The position numbers and the translations under genes were made by a program. A stretch of DNA of 63,816 bases, counting the filler, from Dicyema japonicum (Eukaryota; Animalia; Dicyemida): NCBI GenBank assembly GCA_011109175.1. It is 5 parts of 5 records of this genome, joined end to end, with 100 filler letters (N's around TTAATTAATTAA, not from the genome) between each part and the next. Parts side by side here need not be neighbours in the genome. Positions count along the whole stretch, not along the records: positions 1 to 26,446 come from RDEW01000042.1; positions 26,547 to 41,171 come from RDEW01000069.1; 3 more parts are not named here. One strand, written 5' to 3'. Below the pieces are notes generated by a model. The model made no database searches, had not been told where the DNA came from, and saw only the letters and a program-made list of their open reading frames with translations. Positions 26,126 through 39,062 of the stretch are shown piece by piece. The first letter of the stretch is position 1; each line of letters opens with the position of its first letter.

Positions 26126-26446
26126 TTTTGATACTGTCCGGGTTGATATAACCAGTTCATCACTTGTAATCATCAACAATATTTAAGCTTTGCTTCGGTC
26201 GAGCGAACGGTCTTTTTACTCTTCTTTAAATAAAATAATCGTTGAATTCAATTTTGAAATAATATTTTGAATATTTTATAATTTTTTAATATTTTTTCAT
26301 TTCTTTTTAAAAAATATATTATTGCACGTTTCATTTTGCTATGGTTTCTTCATACAACATAGACTGTATGAAATAATGAAAATCATAAAATACAGAAATG
26401 TCATTATTTAAAACTATTAAATTGAGAATTACTTTTTCACTTAATG

Positions 26447-26546
26447 NNNNNNNNNNNNNNNNNNNNNNNNNNNNNNNNNNNNNNNNNNNNTTAATTAATT
26501 AANNNNNNNNNNNNNNNNNNNNNNNNNNNNNNNNNNNNNNNNNNNN
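26447..26546. other. Artificial scaffold spacer (also 41172-41271, 52754-52853, 61322-61421)
   Basis: Identical 100-bp N-TTAATTAATTAA-N blocks that place stops in all six frames. Confidence 0.97.
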
Positions 26547-27799
26547 CAGTCCTCTACAAAATCATTTCACCGCAAAACATAGATTTATGTAAATAATCGA
26601 AATTGTCTGTAAAGTCACAAATATCAAACGCAGGAAATTGGTGAGAGAACCAGATGCTCGACAATGATTCTCACTCGAATTAGAACAGTGTGGTTAAAAT
26701 GAGAATTTTTAACCTATTTTCAGTCGTTTACAAAATATAAAATTAAGTTTTTTTAAATCAAAATCTAGTATTAATATCACTTTTATTCAAGGTATTTAAA
26801 ATGTAATTTATGCAACAAGCTTACCACGACGATTTTTATTAACCTTATCTATTAGATTTTGAACATACCTTTCAAATATATTCATACTCAGCAATAAAAA
26901 CACCATTCCTTTTTTTCAGTTAACACATTAGTCATTTGAGTAGCCTAATAACGCAAATTACAAAAGTCATACAATCTCGATTAATAGAGCAATGAACAAT
27001 ACGGTTCTTGTCTCAAGATGACATGCCTCCATCCAAAATTCTGATTCTTTGCATACGACCTACACAGTGATCCGTAAGGATGTCAGGAAGACCAGGTGGA
27101 GGACTACTTACAATTATAAATAACGTTATACCTTTCATTGACAAAGTCGAAAAAAGGTAAAGAATTTGGGTTCAGACGATACCATGGAGACGATACCAAA
27201 AACGTCAAATATAAAAGAACAGATTCTACTTCACTAATAACCATTTATGCATATTTATTCCTTTCAAAAACTCTGTTAAGTAATTTGGTAAACGTACAAA
27301 TCCTTATAACATAGGTAACCAGTTATAAAATGTCATCCCTTCGTCGCAACGAAAAATAAACTTTGAAACTAAAAGAAAGCTGAAATAAACTTCCTACTGT
27401 TAATTGATCATCTAATATTATTATCATAGTAGCATCGTCATAAAAGTAAACGGATGCTTTAGAATCTTTCCGTGACATGGAGAAAAAGTCGAACCAGTGT
27501 TTTAGGAAAGCAAGGATTCTACAGGTCATAGATAAAAGAAAACATGTATTGCCATTAAACTAGATTTCCTCTAACATTGAAGCTCGCTAACGTGACAGGA
27601 GTGATATTGATCGAAAATTTAAACTGTTGTATACATGTCTGAATACTACGTGCTTACCACAAAAAATGTGGGCAAATGTTTAAATCCTGGAAAATCCGTT
27701 CTTTTTAGGGAACCAAATAGTACTTGTTTTCGCCAAAATGGCACATTTAACGATTTGGTTTAAGAAAGAAATTAAACACTTTTTAAATAGAATAATTGA

Positions 27800-28028
27800 T
27801 CCCCGGGCATGACGAGTGAGATTCAATGCGGAACTGGATAGTCAAAAAGTACATACACACAAGAAAAATAAAAACAAAGAAGTAAGAGCAATCCTTGGTT
27901 CTCTTTCTACGATCTTTCTACGATAGTTATAATAACTGTTCTTTACTTAAATACAGTGAGTTCTGCACGAGCGAAACCTTAGGAATTATACGTGCTTATG
28001 GTAACGCGGGAGTGCTTACTTTTTTTAT
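27800..28028 (+). mobile_element. 5'-truncated SINE copy with an RTE-like 3' tail
   Basis: Body GCGGAACTGGA..CCTTGGTTC..AACTGTTCTTTACTTAAATA is shared with 38750-39060. Tail GCTTATGGTAACGCGGGAGTGC is shared with 49280-49303. Confidence 0.65.
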
Positions 28029-30131
28029 TGAATCAATAATAAAAAAGTTAATATTTTATAATAAACTCCGAGAGCGTTCAATACTTTATTGGACTAGCAC
28101 CGAAGTACTTATAACTCTGTCTACATTGAATTTGACCATGGTTTTCGACAGTACAGAATGACCCTTATGAGTCCGCCATTGACTGGTGAATTCCATTATT
28201 TATTTATATAACCCCAGACCACTAGGAAAAATATGTCAAAACTAACTAATTAGGTGATCCTAGCCTCCAACAACATCAGAACTCTCTTTATTTGGTCTTC
28301 TGATGATCCAACACCACTCCGGAAGCGTCTTCTCTTACTTCTGCAAAGGAATTCAACCGGCGTGCAGTTTTTTATTACCGACCGAAGTTCTCTGCATGGG
28401 CCACCTTTTCCTTGAAACTTAGGAAACCCTGGCGATTTTTCAACGTCGCGATATCAGAATAGAGGTCGTCAATGGGGAACTGGTTAAATGGTCGATTTCA
28501 CAAAAACCCAAAACTCAAAGTTCCAAAAATAAAATTACATAGGTAGAAGATGAAGACTCCTTAATATCTCGTTATTTCTTCAATCAGTCGTGGCAGAGCA
28601 TGGATCCGCACCGAGTTAGAAAATGATCCACTAACACGCTTTTTGACTTACAATGTTGAAATGTATAAGTTGATCAACCAAAAATATTGTTATCTTGCAT
28701 ATGCGTGTCAACACCGTCGATCGCGGTAAGTTTTTACCGTATTTTTACCATATTGTGGACGTCTTATGGTCGACATGTGTGTTGTCTAATGCTCTTAAGA
28801 GGTCTTTATGAAAGGTTTTTAAGTTGATTTTTTCTTTCTAATTATTATATTTTAATTAGATCAACGCCTCTACACTTATTAGAGTACCATCATAATTACC
28901 ATACTTAGCATACAAACAAGTTCTGATAGTGCCTAGGTGAGTTGCCCGTATTTTCGAGGTCGTTATTATGGCGTCTTTCTTACCAGAAGCATTTGTCACA
29001 GCAATCAGGATGTCGTGAACTCGCATTAGGATACGGTCATATACTTAGACTATCTTCGAGAATCAATTTGTTTTAGGGAGGCCAAAAAGTACTTGATTAT
29101 TGCCAAAATCGAACAATTAATAATTTGATTTTTAAATTGAACGCAATTTTTAAAAAAATAGATTTTATAAGATTTTTATTGATTTGACGTTATTTTTAAC
29201 ATTTTAGAAAGTATGTCGTTTAGAGTTCACAAAAATGTAGAGTAACTCGTGTAGACTATTTGTGAACCGTGAAATCGCTGGCTGTAAGAACTTTCTATTT
29301 TTTAGAACTTTTTATAACTATCTGAGTTACTGTCTCATTCTCACAAGACAAATAATAATTCTTTTGGAACGAAATACTTTAGATAAATATATGTCGATAT
29401 CTACCCGATCTGTCAATATATATCCATTTATAACAGATAAACCATGTTGAAAAAAATATGTGTGATAAAAGTATTTATGTTTAATTGGGAGTTTTTGCAA
29501 AACACCAGAAAGCACAGGGTTAATGAAAACCGTTTGATAAGAAGAAGGCTGGTGAGTGATTTGTTTTTCTTAAAAATAGGGTTAATCAACTAGTACATAA
29601 CGTTGAAGTGGAGTTTCTGGTCAGTAATAAATAAATAGCTCAATTGGGAACCGGGTCGTCTACAGGATCCAAAGAAAAATTAGGTTAAGAATATTGGAAG
29701 GACTATATTTGTACTGTAGAAATTGGATACACTTAAGATAAAATAATAGGTTAATTAATTCATAACATCACCTATTTAACTTTTGATTAAATTAAATATT
29801 TATTAGCTCTTTAATTGATTGAAGTTTATGTTTTGTTCCTCGTAAAGTTTCGATACGAATGAACCATGGAACGCGCCGTCGTGACTGCAAAGATCGAGTA
29901 ACACGACCGATACGTGCTTGTGTGGTATCGAGGGATGAGCATCGGGCCAAGATAAAATTCCTGCTAGTGCGTGCAGAGATCAGGCGATTAATTAGATTGT
30001 TTAACCGTGGACTCTGGTGTGTTATTATTATCTCACTTCATTTACGTGGATAAAGATTTGTCAGGAATTGTATTCCCTAATTTTGATATTATTATTATAA
30101 GCAACTACATAGAATCATATAAACTATAATT

Positions 30132-33050
30132 CTATTCGTGCCGCGTCTGAACAATCCTCTTAATTAGCCTTTCCCATCCCCTCCTGTCCGATGCCAAGTG
30201 CCGCAGACTGCTAAGGTCTTCACCGTCCTTTAGTAGTCTGGTTACTGATCTCAGGTCACCATTAAGGACTTCCGGAAGAGTTATTCTTGGACGACCTCTG
30301 AACTTCTCCCCTGACGTATCGAAGTATTCTTCCATGACGACGTTTGCTGGCGTGTCTTGTTCCAATCTGAGAATATGGCCAAACAATCTCCAGCGAGCCT
30401 TCATGATCATGGTGCTCAGAGGTCCCGAACCGCATCTTCTATATAAATTTTCACTCCCTACACGCATTGGCCACTTTAGTCCCAAGAGAGACCGAAGTTG
30501 CCTTCTGTGAAAAGAGTCAAGGTTTTGTTCGTCCGTTTTCGAAATTCCCCACGTCCCAGAGTTGTATGTTAGTATGGGCCTCACGAACGCCTCATACAAC
30601 CAGCATTTTCTTATCCAACATTTCATAAGTTTTTGCATAGTAACCGTAGATAACAATTTTCTTCTTGCAATGTCTTCGGAGTCTCCGAGAAGAGAGCCAA
30701 GCTTTACGGTCTTCCTCCAACATTCACTATTGCGTAGTTCCATCCGCTTAATTTCAACAATATCCGTTTTCTGAACATTCAGTGATAGACACCATTTGGC
30801 CAAACAGCCTGATGCAACCTCCAAGAGACGTAAGAGTGCTTCTTTGTCAGTCGAGATAAAGTCAACATCATCGGCATACACGATCTCCATAATATCATTG
30901 TTGTAATACTTCCGGAGGTCTTGCAGAGCCGATTCAAGGTATATAGCAAACAATACTGGGGAAAGGGAATCTCCTTGGGGTGTGCCCACTGTTGAAATAA
31001 TTTCCCGTGACAAACATTTTCCAATACGCACTCGTAACCTCGTGTTTGATAAGAGTATCCGTATCAGAATAACCGAGTCCTTATCCAGGAAACTTTCAAG
31101 CACTTCAATGAGTTTTCCCCGACGGACAGTGTCGAAAGCTCTGGTCAGATCAATTCCAAGGATAGTCTTTGAGCTCCGGAATCTTTGTTGAATAGCACAT
31201 TGCCATCTATGGCACCATACTACATCAGCCGTTGATCTCCCTGTCCTAAAACCACTCTGGCTCTGGGCCAAGTACCCGTCCACCGGCTCTTGGATCCGAT
31301 TAAGAGTAATTAGGGCAAGGATCTTCCTTAAGGTGTTTAGAAGGATGACAGGGCGCAGGTTTTCAACTGGCCCAGGGGGTTTATTACCTTTTTGAACTGG
31401 TACTAGTATCCCCTTTCCAATTTCTGAAAAGTCCTTGTTTTCTATCATGTCATTCAGCAATTTTGAGAGTTTATCTGCAAGTTCTGGAGGGCCAAATTTT
31501 AGCAATTCAGATGGTATATTATCTGGTCCTGGAGAGCGCCCAGATTTAAGTTTCCTTATCGCCATGCAAACCTCCTCCGGTGAAATGATCCGTTCAAGTG
31601 TTGTGTTCTTAGGCGTGAAATCTGATTTTTCTCCTTTTACAAAGAACAGTTGTTCAATATGCGATGCTATGAACTCTGTCTGTTCTGCAACATTTCCTAT
31701 TGTTTTTCCATTTCTGTCATGCAAAATAAGTTTCACTGATTGGCTCTTCCTCCGTATTAGTCGTATAGCCATGAATGTCGCAGCATTGTCTTTAAGGTTT
31801 TCTACCTCTCTGATCTTGCTTTCCAACTGACTAGTGTGATGTAGTCTGTTTAGGAGTTTGATTTTTCTCTCAATTTGCCTTCGTTCTTGTTTCAGTTTGC
31901 AAACAGTCTGAGGATCGACAGTATTTTCGGATCTAAGCCTTAAGTTCTTCTGCAAATTCAATAGGGCTGACACTTCCGGGTGACGCTGACTGCTATGGGG
32001 TTTAAGTTCCCCCAAATGTTTGTCAGCAGCGGAAATGATCCCTCTCATAGTTTCGAGCCATGCCTTTCCTGGTGAAAGATCCGATGCCGTATTATTAATT
32101 GAATCCGATACACATTCTTTATAGTCTGCTTGTACTTTTGGTGAAGAGCCCAAGAGTTCAGTCATATACCTTCTTGATCGCGTGGAATCTCCACCACGAT
32201 GTGTTTGGAAGAAGCATCTTCTATTAGTTATCCCGTAGAGGAACTCCTCCGCAGTTGGACCAAGTCTTAAGCTGAATCTTGCTGACACAATTTTGTGATC
32301 ACTGTTAACAGTTAGTCCTCCATAAGATCTCGAGTCCCGTAAGAGAGATTTGTCTTTTACTCGACACAGAATATAATCGATCTGATTATAAATCCTTATC
32401 AGATTTCCGGTGGTCGATAGTCTAGTGCCCATCCACGTTGTCTTGTGGCGTGCGGAATGTTGGAATTGAGTATTGCACAGGAATAAATCAAAGGATTCGC
32501 AGAAATATGCCAGAGCAGTACCAGAATAGTTCCTGATCCCCCTTCCATGTGGTCCAATAAAACGTTCGTGTCCTTGATGTACCCCAGCTTTAGCATTCCA
32601 ATCACCAGCGATAAAGAGGAACGATGAAAACTTCAGAGAAGATACGACCTCGACAAGTTCTTCGTAGAAAACGTCCAATTCCTCTGGGTTTTTGGAAACA
32701 CGGCCACTATGTGGGGCGTACACGTTCACAATGGAAATTAGTTGCCTGGACTTCCCTTTGGGTTCAATAAGAAATTGAATAACACATATCCTGTCATCAA
32801 TTTTCCAATATCGATGTAATCGGGGGAGCAAATTCTTGTGAAAAGCGAAACCCTGTCCATAGTGTTTACATTACGATGGAAGGAGGATTAGTCTGTAGTC
32901 TCCAAGGTTTTCATCGAGTTTTTTTCTGAGCTTCATCTCTTGGAGACAGCAAACAGAGCATCCATATTTTGCAAGGTCCAGACATAGTTGGTGCCTCTTC
33001 GACCAGTCATTAAAGCCCCTGGCATTGAAGGTAAGGGTAGAAAACCTAAT
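30132..33050 (-). mobile_element. Near-complete RTE-clade LINE (AP endonuclease + reverse transcriptase, single ORF)
   Basis: 899-aa ORF with AGDWNA, QIDYIL, SDH, QSGFR, GTPQGDSLSP, YADD and RWRLFGHILR. The same frame continues upstream through one TAA (32871-32873) to TFNARG and CLQE. Confidence 0.97.
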
Positions 33051-34591
33051 TTTGATAAGACCTATAAATCCCTAACGGTTTTCAAAACATGAAGTGATCA
33101 ACATCTGTTTTTAAAGAATTATTTATTTAGAAAATAATTAAGAAGGAAATCAAAAAATTATCACTAATAAATATTAAAAATTTGGTTATTTTCAATGTTT
33201 TAGGGTAATTAACCTATTTAGAAATATTACATCAGCTGTTGACATATATTTCTAGTGGAGTGTTGTGTCGTATTTTGTTATTGAATTCAATCTGGCAGTT
33301 ATCAAAATGGTAGACGCTTAATTATTTTGGTAACTTCTAATCAAGCTGTGTTCTTTCAATAACGAGAATTCTACGATTTTATATTTTCACATTCGAGTTA
33401 CTGTCTTTATTTCCGAAATTCTTATTCAATAATCCAATACCATTTTAATCATTCCCTGTAACACAATATGGCGGACATCATTGTTATAACATAATGTTCA
33501 CTGTAATTCCTTATATTAACAGAACATCCTTAATTGAGTCGAATATTGTTGCAGAAAATTCTTGACTTTAATTATATGAATGCAACCATCATCAGAAAAA
33601 TTTGTGATTGCTCCGAAATACTTGCGGTTTCAAGTAATATATGTGAAGAGTATTACTATTATTGGGTTGGTTTTTAGATTTTAACTATAATAATTTCCAA
33701 TTTCAAATCTTTCATCAGATCCTTCAAAAGAACCATGGACAGAAGAATCTCAATTTTTTGGATATCAAAATGACGCTAATTTCCATGACTCTTATATTCA
33801 TCGTTAGAGTCATTAACTTGAATCTAATATTGTCTTATTAGAATGATTACTATTGTTTGTAATGCTGCGAGATTTCTCAATGATTTTATTGACCTCGAAG
33901 ATCACAAAAAGTTCCAAAAAATGTTATTATATATATTTTTCTGAATTTAAATTACCAGTACTGAATGTATAAGAGATTATTGCAATTCGAGTACCATGAG
34001 TTGTCATAAACTTTGACTTTAATTTTGTGTTCAAATGTTTTGTTGGAATTTGTCCGAATTCAGAATTACATCCGAGTGGTAAATATCGGTTATTATAAGT
34101 TACTATTTCCAATAAATGTTCTATTATTATTTGTTTTTGATAGTTGAATTTTCATATCTTTATTTTTAAACCTACTTGCTATCCACACTCATGCCATCTT
34201 GTTTTGAACCTCAATCTAACAACGTTCATATCCTCTGCTGTCAACAATTGACCATCTGTTGTTTCGTAGTCATAATATAATTTTATTAATTTATAATTCA
34301 ACTTAGTAATTTTATTTCAATAAATATTATAAAAAGCACAAATGAAGATTTCAGGATGATTGTAAAATGCCTTAAGATGAAGATGATCTATGTATGCTAC
34401 GGAACATGGCAACTGATCAAAAAAGACGGGCGATGTTAATTAGATTTTTAACTTTTCGTGTTGCACGTGCATGATCTTGGCATCACGTACGTGTCTAAAT
34501 AATAGTATAAAATACCGCATCCATAAAAGATATTAAAGCATCATTCAGAAAACCACATAAAAAATAGATTTTTCAAAAAGTATCTTTAGAC

Positions 34592-35150
34592 CAGTGCTTC
34601 CGATTGGGGGTGCTCGCACCCCCTAGGGGTATGAGAAATAATATTAAAAATCATGATTATTCGAGTGTCAAAATCGTGAATTTCATTCGAGGAATGGCTT
34701 TAAATCAGCATTATGCATTGATTATAATGAAGACGCCACTGTTTTCTTGTATCGTAGCGATGTCAAGAGGTCGTGTTTTGACAAGATTTTATATTCTCAC
34801 ATTTGAACAATTTTTATATGAAAAAAAACTCTGAAATACTTGATAGTTTCAAATTTCAAATTTTGTTATTTTATTGGCATATTTTGCTGATATTTTCAAT
34901 CATTTTATTCAGTTGATTTTTTCATGATAAAGGGATGAGCATTATTAGTGCATCTGACAATCTACGTTGCTTTAGGAATAAACTGTTGTTGTGGAGTCGA
35001 CGTATTCAGGACAATAATTTTGCCAATTTTCCAACACGGATAAAATACAACTTGACTTTTGATTAAATTATTAAAACAGAAATCAACAATCATCTTGAAG
35101 GCTTAAATCTTTCAGTTGATGGATATTTTTTAATTGGAAATATTAAAGAT
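34592..35150 (+). mobile_element. Internally deleted hAT (Buster-like) remnant
   Basis: Starts with a CAGTGCTTCC.. TIR-like end. Remnants VKIVNFIRG.ALN, SRGRVLTRF and LAYFADIFNH. Confidence 0.7.
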
Positions 35151-36712
35151 ATTAAAGACTTTTTCTCTATAGCTTTTTCTATTTATATTAATAACAAATG
35201 GTACTACACTAGTGGTTCTTAACATTTTTTAAGTCTGCGCCTCCTTAAGATTTAATTTTTTTCAATNTTTTATTATAGAAACAGTTAACACCTACATAAA
35301 GTTTCCTTTCAGTTGAGGGTAGCTGCTCTCAGAATTGGTATGCTTTCAACATTTCTCTTCACGATTTTATGGGTATGCTTTCAATGAAAAACTTTTCGCC
35401 CATATTTCCCCTTTCTCGTGATAAGTAATATTTATGGTTCACGGGGTTAGTGATTTCTTTCAATGACTAAATCAACCGGTTCGAGTCGAACTGATCTTCC
35501 GAGTTCATTCAATAACGTTAATTTGGTTTTTTGTCCAGAACATCAGATGTGTGGATATAATCCATTTTTTAGTGAAAGAGAGGTTCGATTTGATGCTTTT
35601 GACCATCAGGACTTTACGTGGAGGATCTCTAATAGCGACCCAATATGGTTTTCTGGAGTTAATTTCAGCTCAAAGTTTACCACAAGTGTCCAAATTAACA
35701 AAATTCAAGTCAGTATTTTTGTTTATTCAACGTTTTGTAGTACACTCATGAATTCGATGTCTCTAACTTCAAAGTTTAGTCATTCTCTTTAGAAGAATGA
35801 AGTCCAAGTTGATAATCCTCATAAGCTAAATTGTATTTCGAATCAATCACCTCCCCCATGCTCATGGGAGGAAGGGAGAGTTTCATATCATAAAGCTAGG
35901 TAGACATATCATGCAATAGAGGTATGCCTCATCCTCAACCTTCGACCACTTACTGGGCGGATCGTCAATGACAGCTAATTAGATGCCAACGTACTCTTAT
36001 TATGGGTACATGATCCATATCTTTGCCTTTCCTAATATAGAGAATGACGAAAACAAAAAAAACGATTTTGGAAAAAACCACTCAGTATGATAATTATACG
36101 AATTCTCAAGAAATAGGAAATAACAGGACAATTTTAGCACATTTTATTGACAAATAAGTACAATTAGGACATCTTTAGAAAAATGAGGATAATTAAATTT
36201 TTTTTATTTTTCTAATATTTTATGTTTTTTCGCGTTTAACAAAATTTCACAGATACTTAATCCGGACTCTAAAATATTCTCAAAAATAACCAATCTACGA
36301 AATCATTCTTGGACAAATTATATGAAAATTAGCAAATCTATCCATTGTTAATATAACCTGCTATTAAACCAAGACTGCTAATACAAACCGAAAAACAATT
36401 TATAACGCGAGCGCTGCTGGTTATTTGAGCGAATCTCGCTCGCTATCCTGAGCGGGAATAGCCACGCAGTCAGGGCAGCCGCTATATAACCGTTTACTCT
36501 TTTGTTTTTCCTTAATAAAAGTATAACGTGTAATTTAAAAAATTAAAAAATAGCAAAAATAAAAAAAAACTAATTAAAATAATTATGTCCTATTTTAGGA
36601 CAATTTCATCTTTGAAATAATAAATTTCCGCCCTATAATCAGTAATCGAGGAAAATTTATATGTAAGTATTATTTCATATCTTACGACCTCCACTAACTT
36701 AATGCGGTAGGC

Positions 36713-36835
36713 CAGTGATCCCCAACCTTTTTGTTGCGCGCCCGGGGTAGATTGTTTACCTGCAATTTAAATTACCATTTTATCAATTGGTCTACAGATC
36801 GGCACAGATCTGCGGCCCGTCGGTTGGAAACACTG
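36713..36835. mobile_element. hAT-type MITE, 123 bp
   Basis: TIRs CAGTGATCCCCAACC / GGTTGGAAACACTG. Flanks CGGTAGGC and CGTTAGGT match at 6/8 positions (degenerate TSD). Confidence 0.75.
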
Positions 36836-38748
36836 CGTTAGGTAACATAAAGGCGCGAGAAAATCTGTTGATTTGATAAAAAATTTGGTGTGCAGTCCTC
36901 TACATTTTCCATTCTACCAGTTTTTTCAATGTAACTTTTCCTCGCTCCTCGTCGCAGTTCATCTAGGAAAGGACTCGTGTTTAGTGTTCGATGTGGGTCT
37001 TTTGAAATTGAAAGTTGCAACCGTAAAGGGGATAGAATAGACAGACTGAGATTACGATAAGGACAGATATTGTTAGAGTCGTGTCAACCACTCACTCAAC
37101 ATATTGATCAATCAAGAACCAGTTTCCTACTATTGAAGAGGCAGGGGGTAAATAGATGAGGAATTATAAGATAAATGTATTTATGTGATAAAGCTCTTCA
37201 CCTCTTAACATTCTAACCAATGGGGTGACTGCTTTTCACAAATGACCCCATTAAGAAAATGTTGTGGTGGACTTTCTAATAAAACGGTAAAGATAATCCT
37301 TGAGAAGNATATTGTTAGAACATGCTTGAAATGTCACAGGTTGCTGTCTTGAGAAATTATGAAAAATACTGCAAAATAACGGGGACCAATGAATATTCAA
37401 AGATGGTGTTTTGGATGTCAAAATGTCTTAGAGAACTTTCAATATCAACACAAGCTCATTCCAAAGGATCGAAAATGATCCAAAGGATTACGCCCTTGTG
37501 GATATTTTTTGATCGTAAAAATGCAATTTATCATTGAATTCTTTATTGATTTTTGCCCTCTCTTATAGCTCGAACCTGTTCATTGTGGACCCTAGTACTC
37601 CAGCGATATTGGAAGGATCATTTTTATTTAGTTCGGGATCACGTGTAGAAATAATTTCCCAATATTAAAAATACTACAGACAGATTGACAAAGTTGCTAT
37701 TTTATAATACAGATGACACGAGACGAACCCTTATTGGTTGAGATGTCATAGATATAACACTGTTCTTTAGTCTGAATCCAATTGGTCGACAATTTCTCTT
37801 ATTTTCCTCTGTTCACTCTCCCCTTGTTCTAATAGAGCTGCCTCATGACCTTTTCAAGAGGTACCTAGTGGCAAGGTGGCACAAAAATTCTGTATTACGT
37901 TTCTTTCANNNNNNNNNNNNNNNNNNNNNNNNNNNNNNNNNNNNNNNNNNNNNNNNNNNNNNNNNNNNNNNNNNNNNNNNNNNNNNNNNNNNNNNNNNNN
38001 NNNNNNNNNNNNNNNNNNNNNNNNNNNNNNNNNNNNNNNNNNNNNNNNNNNNNNNNNNNNNNNNNNNNNNNNNNNNNNNNNNNNNNNNNNNNNNNNNNNN
38101 NNNNNNNNNNNNNNNNNNNNNNNNNNNNNNNNNNNNNNNNNNNNNNNNNNNNNNNNNNNNNNNNNNNNNNNNNNNNNNNNNNNNNNNNNNNTCCCGATTG
38201 TATTTTCTAAGTACTAAAGCCTGGGAGGCCGTTTTATTTCAATCTTTTTCGAAATTTCTGGAGCGGTTTGAAATATCAGAAAAACCGGTATCAAAGAAAT
38301 CTAAAAAGCTATCGCAGCACGAATTGGTGACCCTATGGGAGACGATTGTTTAGACATCTTTTGTAGAAATTGTAATGCCAACTGGTGCACGTTGGTTTAC
38401 TCGGTCTGGGCTTGTGAGTCTCAGAAGACAATCTAATTATCAAATGATCCCGATGCGTTCCAACTGTGACCTCAACTTTGCCCGGTATTCCTCCTTCGTG
38501 CCCGCCCATGATCGTATAGGAAGGCTGACTGAATTTTACGGGAATTCCCGCATTCTGGAGTCTAGTTTCATAAGGGTCTCCAGAGGCGTCGATTCGGTTT
38601 GGTGATCTCAAAAATAAGTGTAAGCTATACCTAAGCTTGGCTTTAAGTAATGAAAATCTAACTTACTCCTTGGACTGTTATTATAGTGTTATACTCGTTC
38701 TGTGAGTAAAAACGTCTTTTTATCTTTGATAAAAAACTTTGGTGACAT

Positions 38749-39062
38749 AGCGGGGTGGCATAGTGGTTAGGTGTCTGACTTAAGTGGCTTATGCTACGGG
38801 TTCGAATCTCGCTTTTGTTCACCTGGTGGAAAGTTCCACGCATCTACGATGCAGAAAGGGTTTGACGAATGACGCCGTCATCAGTGGATACTCACTGCGG
38901 AACTGGATTGTCTAGAAAGGACACTCACACAAAAAAAAGAAAAAAAGAAGTGAAGATCATTCCTTGGTTCTACGAAGTTAACTGTTCTTTACTTAAATAA
39001 AGTGTGTGTCCTGCCTATGAGGAGCTATAAATACTATGGCTCTTGTGAAAAGGCTTTAAAAA
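38749..39062 (+). mobile_element. tRNA-derived SINE
   Basis: Pol III A box TGGCATAGTGG and B box GGTTCGAATC at tRNA spacing, followed by a body shared with 27800-28028 and an A-rich end. Confidence 0.75.

Larger units (their letters stand above)
23005..26446 (-). repeat. Right arm of large inverted duplication (runs into scaffold end)
   Basis: Reverse complement of 14280-17448, with an extra ~260 bp at 25821-26079. Confidence 0.95.

Noticed and set aside
26447-26546. TTAATTAATTAA motif repeated four times as a biological signal
   Set aside because: It is always centred in identical N blocks and is an assembly linker. Adjacency across these joins is not trusted.
30562-32605. Antisense and alternate-frame ORFs over LINEs (also 51065-52221, 54339-55096)
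   Set aside because: Shadows of higher-GC retroelement coding sequence with no independent motifs.
32871-32873. Stop-codon reassignment suggested by the in-frame TAA in the RTE
   Set aside because: It is a single instance in ~970 codons, and MCTS1 ends in TAA at the expected position.
38749-38822. Functional tRNA gene
   Set aside because: A and B boxes are present, but I could not form a convincing acceptor stem, and the sequence continues into a repeated SINE body.
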